Source: a virus
Lineage: Duplodnaviria > Heunggongvirae > Uroviricota > Caudoviricetes
Direction: 5' to 3' (one strand)
DNA length: 64,000 bases
IMG/VR virus record: IMGVR_UViG_2932604667_000002
Coordinates: 17,261-81,260 of that record
The notes below the pieces were generated by a model. The model was not told the DNA's origin. It was given only the letters and a program-made list of their open reading frames with translations, and made no database searches. Both the position numbers and the translations under genes were made by a program. Below are positions 36,161-43,967 of the stretch, in pieces. Position 1 is the first letter of the stretch; each line of letters opens with the position of its first letter.

Positions 36161-36166
36161 CGGGCC
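36101..36166 (-). promoter_or_regulatory. promoter/leader-hairpin cassette
   Basis: core GTACCGGTATTTAA; TGGCAAC. Confidence 0.65.
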
Positions 36167-36198
36167 TGCCGGCGAGTTCCTTGGAGGTCTCGATTCAA

Positions 36199-36230
36199 GG
36201 GAAGCCCCGGCGTCCGGGCCGGGGCTTCCT
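36199..36230 (-). terminator. GC-rich hairpin
   Basis: GAAGCCCCGGC-GTCCG-GGCCGGGGCTTC. Confidence 0.5.
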
Positions 36231-36245
36231 GGGCAGGGTCCGGGG

Positions 36246-36527
36246 TCAGAACCCCCGGGAGTAGTGGTCTGGCCCCATGCACAGGGCTTCCCGGAGGCCG
36301 TGATCGCACGTCGGGTCCAGGGTCTCCCAGAGCCGCGCGTACTGGTCGTCGATCGGGAACTCCGGGAGTGTGTGGAAGGCGTGGGTTGCGCTCTTGCGCT
36401 CGATGAACGCTATGGCCTGGTCCTCCGTGGCGAACGTGGCCAGGTAGCTCCGGCGCTGGTCGCAGATGTGGATCTCAAGGGTGATCGCCCCCTCCTGCCC
36501 GGGGGCTTCGACGGTGGCCTGGTCCAT
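36246..36527 (-). CDS. hypothetical protein (93 aa)
   Basis: first gene after cassette 36552. Confidence 0.5.
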   Translation of the reverse strand: MDQATVEAPGQEGAITLEIHICDQRRSYLATFATEDQAIAFIERKSATHAFHTLPEFPIDDQYARLWETLDPTCDHGLREALCMGPDHYSRGF

Positions 36528-36610
36528 GGCGTCTCCTGTTCGACTGCGGTGGTCGGGTCGCTCTCCCAACACCCATGAACGTACCGGTATTTAACTCTCC
36601 TGGCAATCGG
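36495..36610 (-). repeat. near-identical ~115-bp repeat (copy 2)
   Basis: see 36040-36160. Confidence 0.5.
36552..36607 (-). promoter_or_regulatory. promoter/leader-hairpin cassette
   Basis: core GTACCGGTATTTAA; TGGCAAT. Confidence 0.65.
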
Positions 36611-36611
36611 C

Positions 36612-36855
36612 TCGGGCCAGACGGCGGGCCTTCATCCGGGCCAGGCGCTGCTCGTCGGTCGGGGCGGTCCACAGGTGGTAGCCCTCGCCGAGGGCCTCAT
36701 GCCGTGCGGTCGACCAGCAACTGAAGTGGCCGCGTTCCTCCAGCCCGCACCATGCGCACCCGTTGGGGTCTGGGATCCGGGGCTCTATCGGCCACCTCCT
36801 GAAGGCGGAGGGGCCGGGCTCGGCGCCCAGCCCCTCGAAGCGGGATCGGCGGCGT
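36612..36855 (-). pseudogene. 3' remnant of a paralog of the 33491..33838 HTH gene (no start codon)
   Basis: open frame ...GYHLWTAPTDEQRLARMKARRLARADCQES* ends on the cassette TAA exactly like 33491 gene (...ARAARQQARADCQAS*) but has no ATG/GTG/TTG upstream. Confidence 0.4.
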
Positions 36856-37692
36856 TCAGGCCGCCATCGCCTCGCGGACCAGGGCGAGCCTGGTCAGCAG
36901 GTCGTCACGCTCGCGCCGGAGCTCGCTCACCTGCGCCCGGAGCTCCTCGACTTCTCTGGTGTCGGCCTGGCTCGTTTTGAGGTCCCTGTACTCCCTGAAG
37001 ATTCGCGTGATCGCGGGGAGCAGGTCGGCTGGCTCCAGGGATTCGGGGGCCGGCGACGGGCGGTGCGTGATGCGGAAGCGCTCAGGCACTGAGTCGGGGT
37101 GTTCGGTGTTGAGGTGCGCAACCCATTCGGCGTGAGCGGGAAGCCAGATGAGGCAGGTATGACACATGAAGCCGCTGTAGTCGTGCCGGGTGGCCAGGTG
37201 TCGCTGGTAGCCGTCTGCGGTTGAGCGTACGGCTGGGCAGTGCGGGCAGGGGTATTCGCCCTGCGGGTGGGGCGTGTCCTTCAGCCGGGCGGCGTGCATG
37301 GATACGGCCTGTTTCCGCGGGTCGGCGAACCGGCACTGGCCACACTGGTGGATCTTCATGGTGGGTTCCTCGGCCTCCTGTTCGCCGGTGCTGGTGCTAT
37401 CGGACGCTGCATCTTCGGGTTCGGGGTCCGCCGGCGCGTCGGGCACTGGTTCGGTCGCGGGGTCCGGCTGCTCGGCGGCCTGGTCCTCAGTGAGGGCATC
37501 GGGGATGTCGACGCCGATCCGCTGCAGGTCCTTGACGGCCTCGTCGAGCGCCGGGCCTGCGAGGTCGCGACGGAAGATCAGCCATTCGCCAGTTCGCGGG
37601 TTCGTCACTTTGATCCGGCTCTTGCGGGCCTTCCACGTGCATCCCTGATGTGTGACGGCGCGTTTGAGCGTCGAGAGGTTTCGCGCGGTCAT
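36856..37692 (-). CDS. C2H2 zinc-finger protein (278 aa)
   Basis: two canonical Cx2Cx12Hx4H fingers (CPHC...HLATRH; CHTC...HLNTEH) plus one degenerate; AAGGAGG SD. Confidence 0.55.
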   Translation of the reverse strand: MTARNLSTLKRAVTHQGCTWKARKSRIKVTNPRTGEWLIFRRDLAGPALDEAVKDLQRIGVDIPDALTEDQAAEQPDPATEPVPDAPADPEPEDAASDSTSTGEQEAEEPTMKIHQCGQCRFADPRKQAVSMHAARLKDTPHPQGEYPCPHCPAVRSTADGYQRHLATRHDYSGFMCHTCLIWLPAHAEWVAHLNTEHPDSVPERFRITHRPSPAPESLEPADLLPAITRIFREYRDLKTSQADTREVEELRAQVSELRRERDDLLTRLALVREAMAA

Positions 37693-37817
37693 GGGCCTCC
37701 TTGGGGTGTGCGGCTGTGGTTTGAGCAGCGCCCGGAGGAGGCCAGGAGGAGGCTGGGTGCCACCGTAGCGGGCGGTTGTGCAATGGGAGGCAAAGGCCGC
37801 TACCTGCGAAAACAGCG

Positions 37818-37843
37818 ACGCCCCGGCGTGGGGCCGGGGCGTC
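37818..37843 (-). terminator. GC-rich hairpin
   Basis: GACGCCCCGGC-GTGG-GGCCGGGGCGTC. Confidence 0.5.
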
Positions 37844-37857
37844 ACTGGTCGGGGGTG

Positions 37858-38196
37858 TCAGCCGGTGGCGGCGAGGTGCAGGTTGTCGAAGGCGAGGGAG
37901 AAGAACGCGGTCTTGGCCGCGGCCTCGCCGAGGACGTGGGAGCCGTACACGTCGGTGTCGGTGACGTAGAGGATCCGGTAGCGGTCGCCGTGGCGCTTGA
38001 GGAGATACACCGGCAGGCGGATCGGGTCGTCGCTGTCGGGCAGCGGGTAAACGTCCTCGGATGTGACCTCGACGGGGCCGCCGTCGGAGTCGTGCTCGTA
38101 GAGCCAGAAGGCGCGCTCCTCGTCGGTGAGGCGGCGGGTGATGGTCTGGTCGTGGACGGACATGGTGGTCTGGTCGGTGGCGGGCTGGGTGGTCAT
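37858..38196 (-). CDS. hypothetical acidic protein (112 aa)
   Basis: strong SD; terminator downstream. Confidence 0.55.
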   Translation of the reverse strand: MTTQPATDQTTMSVHDQTITRRLTDEERAFWLYEHDSDGGPVEVTSEDVYPLPDSDDPIRLPVYLLKRHGDRYRILYVTDTDVYGSHVLGEAAAKTAFFSLAFDNLHLAATG

Positions 38197-38253
38197 GGGT
38201 CTCCTGGGTCGGATCGAGGGGCCGGGGCGGCGCCCCGGGGTGGATGGGGCGGG

Positions 38254-38832
38254 TCAGGCGGCGGGCTTGCCCTTGATGGACTGGCACTCGTGGTAGGCGG
38301 TCCAGTCGACGATGTCGCCGGCGACGCCCTCGAACTCGGCGTAGGCGCCGCGCAGGTCCTTGCGCGGGCGCTGGACGTTCGCGGCCGCCACGGTCAGCGG
38401 CAGGGACTGCCAGTCCTTCTGCTTGACGAGGTGGGAGTAGAACTTGCGGGCGGAGATGGTCGGGTCCAGGCGCTCGGACAGCGGTCCCCAGCCGGAGACG
38501 CCGCGCTGCTGGAAGATGCCGTGGGCGGTGCCCTTGTCGCCGACGACTCCGGTGTGGAGCCAGGACTCCCGGAGGGTGGTGGCGATGGCGATGACGGCGG
38601 CGCGCTCGGGCAGGTGGCGCCGGGCGGCCTCGTTGACGACGGCGGTGGCGTTGGTGCGCTGCTCGGTGTTCAGGGGCTTCTTGGGTGAGCCGATCTTCGG
38701 CTTGGCCGGCGCGGCGACGGGCGCGTAGTCGCAGATGCCCTTGACGGGTCCGGCGGGCTCGCAGGAGGCCGCGGTGGCGGCCAGCACCGCGGCGGGTACC
38801 GCGACGGCGACGGCGAGTTTGGTCTTCAGCAT
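38254..38832 (-). CDS. secreted lysozyme-like / lytic-transglycosylase-like protein (192 aa)
   Basis: signal peptide; RES...GIFQQRG resembles SLT catalytic region; AAGGAGA SD. Confidence 0.35.
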   Translation of the reverse strand: MLKTKLAVAVAVPAAVLAATAASCEPAGPVKGICDYAPVAAPAKPKIGSPKKPLNTEQRTNATAVVNEAARRHLPERAAVIAIATTLRESWLHTGVVGDKGTAHGIFQQRGVSGWGPLSERLDPTISARKFYSHLVKQKDWQSLPLTVAAANVQRPRKDLRGAYAEFEGVAGDIVDWTAYHECQSIKGKPAA

Positions 38833-38854
38833 GGGATCTCCTTGGGTGGGGGTC

Positions 38855-38871
38855 GCCGGTCGCTCTCCGGC
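38855..38871 (-). promoter_or_regulatory. leader hairpin variant (stem GCCGG/CCGGC, same loop), no recognisable core
   Basis: GCCGG-TCGCTCT-CCGGC just upstream of SD of 38254..38832. Confidence 0.45.
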
Positions 38872-38947
38872 GAGGGGGTGGCCGATCGGCCTGGGGAGGT
38901 TCGCCACGTATGGCGGTGTCCGGGACGGGGGTCCCGGGCGGGGTGGG

Positions 38948-39478
38948 TCAGGTGGTGATGGTCCAGAAGCCGCGCTCGCCCCACTTGTCGGCGAAGTACG
39001 GGTTTCCGGTGCTGGGGGTGTACCTGACGTGGACGCGGGTGGCGTCCAGGGGCTCGGCCTTCCAGGAGCCCCACTGGCGGCCGGTGGACTCGGCGTAGAG
39101 GTCCTGGGCCGTGGTGATGGCCTTGCTGCCCTGCTCGCGGTAGGAGTCCAGGGCGATCCACTTCGCGTCGCGGGCCGTGGTGTCGTCGAGGGGCAGGATC
39201 ATGCCGAGGTCGACGACCGGGAACCGGGTCTGCTGCTCGGTGCCGTTGGACACCGTGGTGGCGATCAGGACCTCTCCGCAGGCGTAGCTGCCGCTGAAAG
39301 AGGTGGACTTCAGGACGGCGTCGAGGAGGGTCGTGCCGGTGCCGCGGGCCACGGTGACCGCGACGCGGGCGCCGTCGAGGGCCTTGATGACGTGATGGAG
39401 CTTGCCGACGCTCCAGCGGTCGCGCAGGGGGTCGGTCGTGTCGGAGCAGAAGTCACGGGCGTTGATCACGCAGGTCAC
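38948..39478 (-). CDS. hypothetical protein (176 aa, GTG)
   Basis: first gene after cassette 39497; GAGGAGG SD. Confidence 0.5.
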   Translation of the reverse strand: MTCVINARDFCSDTTDPLRDRWSVGKLHHVIKALDGARVAVTVARGTGTTLLDAVLKSTSFSGSYACGEVLIATTVSNGTEQQTRFPVVDLGMILPLDDTTARDAKWIALDSYREQGSKAITTAQDLYAESTGRQWGSWKAEPLDATRVHVRYTPSTGNPYFADKWGERGFWTITT

Positions 39479-39496
39479 GGGGTGCCTCCTCGGGTG

Positions 39497-39552
39497 GTCG
39501 GGTCGCTCTCCCAACACCCATGAATGTACCGGTATTTAATCAGAGTGGCAAC
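39497..39552 (-). promoter_or_regulatory. promoter/leader-hairpin cassette
   Basis: core GTACCGGTATTTAA; TGGCAAC. Confidence 0.65.
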
Positions 39553-39591
39553 TAGTTCGGACGGGTTAGTTTGTGCTGGTCCGAACAAAAG

Positions 39592-39624
39592 GGGGGACCC
39601 CAGGACGCCGGTCCTGGGGACCCA
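39592..39624 (-). terminator. hairpin (paralog of 40020)
   Basis: GGGGACCCCAGGAC-GCC-GGTCCTGGGGACCC. Confidence 0.5.
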
Positions 39625-39629
39625 TCTGG

Positions 39630-39911
39630 TCAGACGTTGACGTCCTTCGACTCGCGCGCGGCGCGGTACGCCGTCACCCGCTGGAAGGTGGCGCGCTGAG
39701 CCGCTGCCTCGGCCCGCAGGCAGATGACGATCAGGGCGGGGGTCAGCATTGCGATCGCAGTCAGGACGCCGACGGCGACGGTGGCCACAGCGGAGTCGCC
39801 GAACCCGAACAGGCCCGGGATCAGTCGGGCGGCAGCCCAGGTGATGCCGGTGGCGGTGACGGTGTAGATGGCGGCGACGGTCCGGGGCCGGTTGAGCTTC
39901 CGGAGTGTCAT
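39630..39911 (-). CDS. small 2-TM membrane protein (93 aa), tandem paralog A
   Basis: first gene after cassette 39934; AGGAGG SD. Confidence 0.55.
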   Translation of the reverse strand: MTLRKLNRPRTVAAIYTVTATGITWAAARLIPGLFGFGDSAVATVAVGVLTAIAMLTPALIVICLRAEAAAQRATFQRVTAYRAARESKDVNV

Positions 39912-39933
39912 GCAAGCCTCCTGGTGAAGTGGG

Positions 39934-39992
39934 GTGTCGGGTCGCTCTCCCAACATCGGCTGACGGTACCGGTATTTAACCGACGGGGCAAC
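39934..39992 (-). promoter_or_regulatory. promoter/leader-hairpin cassette
   Basis: loop-proximal CCCAACATC; core GTACCGGTATTTAA; GGGCAAC. Confidence 0.6.
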
Positions 39993-40019
39993 CAGTTCGA
40001 GCCGGTTGGTCCACATACA

Positions 40020-40055
40020 GAGGAGACCCCAGGACGCCGGTCCTGGGGTCTCCTC
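40020..40055 (-). terminator. hairpin with 16-bp stem
   Basis: GAGGAGACCCCAGGAC-GCC-GGTCCTGGGGTCTCCTC. Confidence 0.5.
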
Positions 40056-40059
40056 TTGG

Positions 40060-40347
40060 TCAGGCGGCGACCTTCGACTCCTGCGCGGCGCGGTACGCCT
40101 TCGCGGCCTGGAAGGTGGCGCGCTTGGCCGCGGCCTCGGCCCGCAGGAGGATGACGATCAGGGCGGGAACCAGCACGGTGACCGCGGCCAGGACGCCGAC
40201 GGCGGCGCCGACCGCCGGGGAGTCGCCGAACCCGTACAGGGCCGGGATGAATCGGCCGGCGGCCCAGACGATGCCGATGGCGACGATGGCGGCGGCGGTG
40301 TGGGCGACGACGACGGTCCGCATCTGGCTGGGCTTCCGAGTGGTCAT
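40060..40347 (-). CDS. small 2-TM membrane protein (95 aa), tandem paralog B
   Basis: first gene after cassette 40368. Confidence 0.55.
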   Translation of the reverse strand: MTTRKPSQMRTVVVAHTAAAIVAIGIVWAAGRFIPALYGFGDSPAVGAAVGVLAAVTVLVPALIVILLRAEAAAKRATFQAAKAYRAAQESKVAA

Positions 40348-40367
40348 GCGAGCCTCCTGGTGAAGTG

Positions 40368-40428
40368 GGTGTTGGGTCGCTCTCCCAACACCTCTGACTG
40401 TACCGGTATTTAACTCGCCTGGCAACGC
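40368..40428 (-). promoter_or_regulatory. promoter/leader-hairpin cassette (perfect 9-bp stem)
   Basis: GGTGTTGGG-TCGCTCT-CCCAACACC; core GTACCGGTATTTAA; TGGCAAC. Confidence 0.65.
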
Positions 40429-40439
40429 GCTTGCGAGGC

Positions 40440-40660
40440 TGTTTCCGCAGGTCGCCTCAAACCTGTAGGGGTTCCTGTCGGGTCACAGGTAGAAGCCCTG
40501 GTAGGTGGTTCGAATGGACTTCCCGTCGTGGCTGCAGAAGGTGATCCGGTAGTCGATCCGGCCGTCGATCCCCTCGGGGACCCATAGGGAGTCCAGTCGC
40601 GGATCCGGAGGCGTTCCTGTCGCCGGACCTGTAGGAGGACCGTCCTGTAGGACGAAAGGG
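40440..40660. repeat. CCTGTAGG / GTTCCTGTCG repeat cluster upstream of parA
   Basis: 4 copies of CCTGTAGG (one inverted as CACAGGTAG), 2 of GGTTCCTGTCG; at strand-switch point. Confidence 0.5.
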
Positions 40661-40702
40661 CTGACGGTCGTCCAGTGGGCGGGAAGTCAGAGCGGGAGCC
40701 CG

Positions 40703-40720
40703 TGTCCGCCACCACGCGAG
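40703..40720 (+). promoter_or_regulatory. promoter core in + orientation at strand switch (candidate par-operon promoter)
   Basis: CTTAAATACCGGTCGCGAC on + strand. Confidence 0.35.
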
Positions 40721-40899
40721 GACTTAAATACCGGTCGCGACACGCCGACCCCGGAGCGGGCACCCGAGACGTGATCCTGGTAGGAAAGTGCCGCAATACC
40801 AAGAACATCAGGAGTCACGTCAACAGGAAGCTGATCCCTCCTCTCCGCGACGCGACCCCCTGACCATCCCCTCCCCCTGTCACACCGCGAGGAGACGAA

Positions 40900-41916
40900 G
40901 TGCGCACCACCCCAGCCAACGGGTTGACGACGCAGCAAATCCTGCAGATGATCCGGCCGCGACTCAGGCGAGTCATCATCGTCCTGAACAACAAGGGCGG
41001 TGCGGGAAAGACGACCACCGTCGCGAATTTTGCCTGCACGGTGGCAGCAGCGCTGAAGAAGAGCGGCTCGAAGAAACGAATCCTGGCTATGGACCTTGAC
41101 CCGCAGGGCAACCTGGGGCTCGACCTCGGCTACCAGGGAAGCGAGGGTGACGACAAGGGGGCGTCGATCCTCCAGGTCATCGACGGCGTCGGGAATCTGA
41201 ACGTGATCCGGGACGTACGGCCCAACCTCGACGTGATCCCTGGTGGCCGGTTGCTCAAGCCCATCGCCATTCGGATGTATGCGGCCGCGCAGGCCGACCC
41301 GCGTCGTGAGGTACGGCTGGCGCTCGCGCAGGCCATCGCTGAGATCGCCGGCGACTACGAGTGGATCATCATCGACTGCCCGCCCAACGTCGCGGAGCTT
41401 CAGGACCTGGCCGCGATCATCGGCCGCTACGTCCTGATCCCGGTCACCTTCGACGAGGGTTCGATTCAGGGCATGCAGGGTGTCGGCGAGGTCTTCGATA
41501 AGGCGGCCGACCTCAACGACGAGCTCATTCCGCTGGCGGCCCTGCTGTTCGGCTTCGACCGGCAGAACAACTTCCGGAAAATTCGGGACGAAAGCGGAGA
41601 AGTCGTCGGGGTCAGGGAGATCGGACTCCTGGCCAGCACCCGCGCCGAGGTTCAGTCGCTGCTCGCCGACCTCGAAATTCCAGTCCTGGAGACGGTGGTG
41701 ACGCGCGCGGTCAACGTCGCCAAGCACTGCCGCAAGCGCGGGCTGAGCTATGCCGAGCTCGCTGACGCCACGGCGTCGGAGAACTGGCGCGAGGTGGCCA
41801 AGCAGAGCGGCATCGCGAACATCTCCGCGGACTCCGCCGAGGTGTCGGCCTATGAGATGGAGCAGGTCGCGGCAGAGGTGATCCGGCTCGTCATGAAGCA
41901 GGAGGCAGCGGCATGA
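40900..41916 (+). CDS. parA: ParA/Soj-family partition ATPase (GTG start)
   Basis: deviant Walker A NNKGGAGKTT; GAGGAGACGAA SD. Confidence 0.85.
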   Translation: MRTTPANGLTTQQILQMIRPRLRRVIIVLNNKGGAGKTTTVANFACTVAAALKKSGSKKRILAMDLDPQGNLGLDLGYQGSEGDDKGASILQVIDGVGNLNVIRDVRPNLDVIPGGRLLKPIAIRMYAAAQADPRREVRLALAQAIAEIAGDYEWIIIDCPPNVAELQDLAAIIGRYVLIPVTFDEGSIQGMQGVGEVFDKAADLNDELIPLAALLFGFDRQNNFRKIRDESGEVVGVREIGLLASTRAEVQSLLADLEIPVLETVVTRAVNVAKHCRKRGLSYAELADATASENWREVAKQSGIANISADSAEVSAYEMEQVAAEVIRLVMKQEAAA

Positions 41917-42749
41917 CGAACCTTCTCGGGCACGAGGCACCGAAGCCGAATCTGGGCGGGTTGGGGCGTCGGCGTCGTACGGGTGCGCTGGACAACCTCG
42001 TCGGGGACACCACCACCGAGACACCGGAGGCACCCGCAGAGGTTCCCGCCGCCACCGTGGATGCGCCCGCTGTGCCTGTAGAGCCGCCCGCGCCTGCCAC
42101 TCTGGAGGGCCAGGAGGAGCCGCCGACGGAGTCGGAGGCATCCCCGGCCGATCAGGCCCCTACAGCGCCCCTGGAGCCCGCTGAGGCCCCTGTAGCCGTT
42201 GAGAGCCAGGAGGAGCCGGAGGAGCAGGAGACGGCCGCGCAGGCGGCCCCTGAAGCGCCTCAGGACGCGGAGCAGCCGCCCACGTCGAAGAAGCCGGAGC
42301 GGGAGAAGCCGAAGAAGGCGGCCACCGCGCGCAAGCCCGCCCCCCGGCAGGCCAGGCCCGCGCCGGTCGCGGCCGCGCTGCCCACCAAGGGTCGGCAGAT
42401 CAACGTCTACATCACGCCCGAGGCGTACGCCCTGGCCGAGCGTGACGGCCGCCTGTACGCCGAGATCGCGATGGATGCCATCGAATGGGCGCTGGATGAG
42501 GGGATCCTGGGCCACCTTGTCGAGGAGCGGACCAGCCGCACGCGGCCGGCGGGAGGACGCTTCCCGGGGCGCCGACTGGCGCGGTCCCGGCCAGAGGAGG
42601 GCACGTCGCGGGTGCCGTGGCCGACACAGTTCAGCCCGGACCAGCGCGCCGTGCTGGAGGAGATCAAAACCGAGGTCGGTGTCCGGCACCTGTCGGCGCT
42701 CATCGGCGCCGCGGTCGAGGGATACCTCACTGCCGAGGACGACGAGTGA
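41913..42749 (+). CDS. ParA partner / putative centromere-binding protein with long acidic Pro-rich linker
   Basis: ATGA overlap with parA; N-terminal Arg cluster; C-terminal INVYITPEAYALAE possible RHH-like domain; not a classical ParB. Confidence 0.4.
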   Translation: MTNLLGHEAPKPNLGGLGRRRRTGALDNLVGDTTTETPEAPAEVPAATVDAPAVPVEPPAPATLEGQEEPPTESEASPADQAPTAPLEPAEAPVAVESQEEPEEQETAAQAAPEAPQDAEQPPTSKKPEREKPKKAATARKPAPRQARPAPVAAALPTKGRQINVYITPEAYALAERDGRLYAEIAMDAIEWALDEGILGHLVEERTSRTRPAGGRFPGRRLARSRPEEGTSRVPWPTQFSPDQRAVLEEIKTEVGVRHLSALIGAAVEGYLTAEDDE

Positions 42750-42832
42750 TCCAACTGGGCGGCTTTACAGCGTAATTGAAACATGCGATCGAGTCAGCGA
42801 AGGGGCGCCCCGATGGGGCGCCCCTTCGCTGT

Positions 42833-43609
42833 TCACGCCTCGATGCTCACTATGTGTCCCGGGCCGCCGGCGATGATGCTGTGGCGGACCTCGACGCAGC
42901 GGCCTTCCCCGGTGTAGCTGCGCGCGACGATCTCCGTCACCGGGGTCGCCGGCAGGAGCTGCAACCGCTCGGACTCGGCAGGCCGGGGCATCCGGGAGCT
43001 GATTTCCAGGTCCTGGTGGACGCAGGCGTTCCCGGCATCGGCCAACACCGGGTAGGCGTCCACGTGGGTGACCGACGAGCTCCGGAGCACGGTGCCGTCC
43101 ACGACATCCTCGGGGTAGTAGGCGCGTGTCCACTCGACCGGCGCCCCGTCCGAGCGGCTGCGCAGACACTCGCGGACGAGGATGTGCCCGTCTCCCACGC
43201 CGAGCAGGTTGCCGACGGTGTCGCTCCGGATCGGGGTGTCACCCGGGGGGAGTCCGACGCTGACGTCCTCTGGCCAGGTCGCCCCTGAGTCGGCCATGGC
43301 GGCGATCCATGGATCAGCCAGCGGCACGGCGGGGCGTTTGCGGCCACGCCGGATCAGGCGCCAGGTCATCGCGGCGTAGCGCCGCACCCAGGACCCGACG
43401 CGCGGTTCGGATGCGATGAGCCCTTCGCCAGCCAGTTGGGCGTAGGCCCGGCCGACGGTGATGCGGGTTGTGCCGCGGTCTGCGGCCATCTGCACCTCGC
43501 TGGGCAACGGGTCTCCTGGCGCGAGCTCACCACTGGCGATGGCCGCGCGGAGCTCGGCGGCCAGGGCGCGGTAGGACACGCCGCCTGTGCGCTCAGCGCT
43601 CACGAACAC
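42833..43609 (-). CDS. GntR/HutC-family transcriptional regulator (KorA-like)
   Basis: GntR HTH plus UTRA-type C-domain; GTG with AAGGAGG SD; divergent from transfer operon. Confidence 0.8.
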   Translation of the reverse strand: MFVSAERTGGVSYRALAAELRAAIASGELAPGDPLPSEVQMAADRGTTRITVGRAYAQLAGEGLIASEPRVGSWVRRYAAMTWRLIRRGRKRPAVPLADPWIAAMADSGATWPEDVSVGLPPGDTPIRSDTVGNLLGVGDGHILVRECLRSRSDGAPVEWTRAYYPEDVVDGTVLRSSSVTHVDAYPVLADAGNACVHQDLEISSRMPRPAESERLQLLPATPVTEIVARSYTGEGRCVEVRHSIIAGGPGHIVSIEA

Positions 43610-43648
43610 CTCCTTTGAAGATCAGCAAAAACCAAGTGTGGCAACGGC

Positions 43649-43681
43649 TTGACATTGCGGCAAGCATAGGCTGCATAATCT
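43649..43681 (+). promoter_or_regulatory. sigma70-like promoter of transfer operon
   Basis: TTGACA-17-TGCATAAT in AT-richer divergent region. Confidence 0.45.
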
Positions 43682-43682
43682 G

Positions 43683-43690
43683 GTGTACAC
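43683..43690. promoter_or_regulatory. candidate HutC/GntR operator GTGTACAC
   Basis: perfect 8-bp palindrome matching GT-N-TA-N-AC HutC consensus, between korA-like gene and tra promoter. Confidence 0.45.
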
Positions 43691-43734
43691 AAGGTATGGT
43701 AGTGAGTATGTTCGAAACCAGGAAGCACGAGACG

Positions 43735-43967
43735 TGAGCTCGGCAGCGCAGCGCCGAAAGGAGAAGGCCCAGGCCAAGAAGGCCTGGCACCAGAACCGGA
43801 TCGACGAGGCGCCCGACCGGCGAACGCGACTCATGCGGGCGACCGACCAGCTCGCCTCAGCGCTGAAGCGGCTTCCGGACCAGGAAGCCGATCGGCTCGC
43901 CGACGAGGTCATCGCCTACCTGGCCCGAAAGAGCGATTCGGCCAACAGAAGGAGACACGCTCGATGA
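43735..43967 (+). CDS. small basic protein (77 aa, GTG)
   Basis: AGGAAG SD; ATGA overlap with next gene. Confidence 0.45.

Larger units (their letters stand above)
39493..40430 (-). repeat. tandem duplication of [cassette - 2-TM membrane gene - terminator] unit
   Basis: two ~440-bp units with paralogous promoters, genes (93/95 aa) and terminators. Confidence 0.55.

Noticed and set aside
10047-40055. Treating every GC-rich palindrome as a rho-independent terminator
   Set aside because: Most lack U-tracts. They are reported as terminator-like hairpins with modest confidence, and some may be read-through or processing sites linked to the leader-hairpin system.
2169-40425. N-terminal extensions of minus-strand ORFs containing peptides like TRYRYFRRCWGERPD, LNTGTFRGVGRATRP, MLGERPDH
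   Set aside because: These are translations of the conserved cassette in three frames, not protein; real starts are the SD-backed internal ATG/GTG codons.
1-40500. Numerous 60-400-aa ORFs on the + strand inside the minus-strand gene block (e.g. 210..509, 742..1377, 3804..4808, 4522..5826, 9499..10422, 19476..20435, 20699..21781, 37240..38688)
   Set aside because: Extremely Arg/Gly/Pro/Ala-rich, no SD, overlap well-supported minus-strand genes across cassettes and terminators; typical antisense open frames of 70% GC DNA.
41913-42749. Calling the ParA partner a ParB
   Set aside because: No ParB-box/HTH motifs (GxxRxxA etc.); mostly a disordered acidic linker with a short structured C-domain, so only 'ParA partner' is supported.
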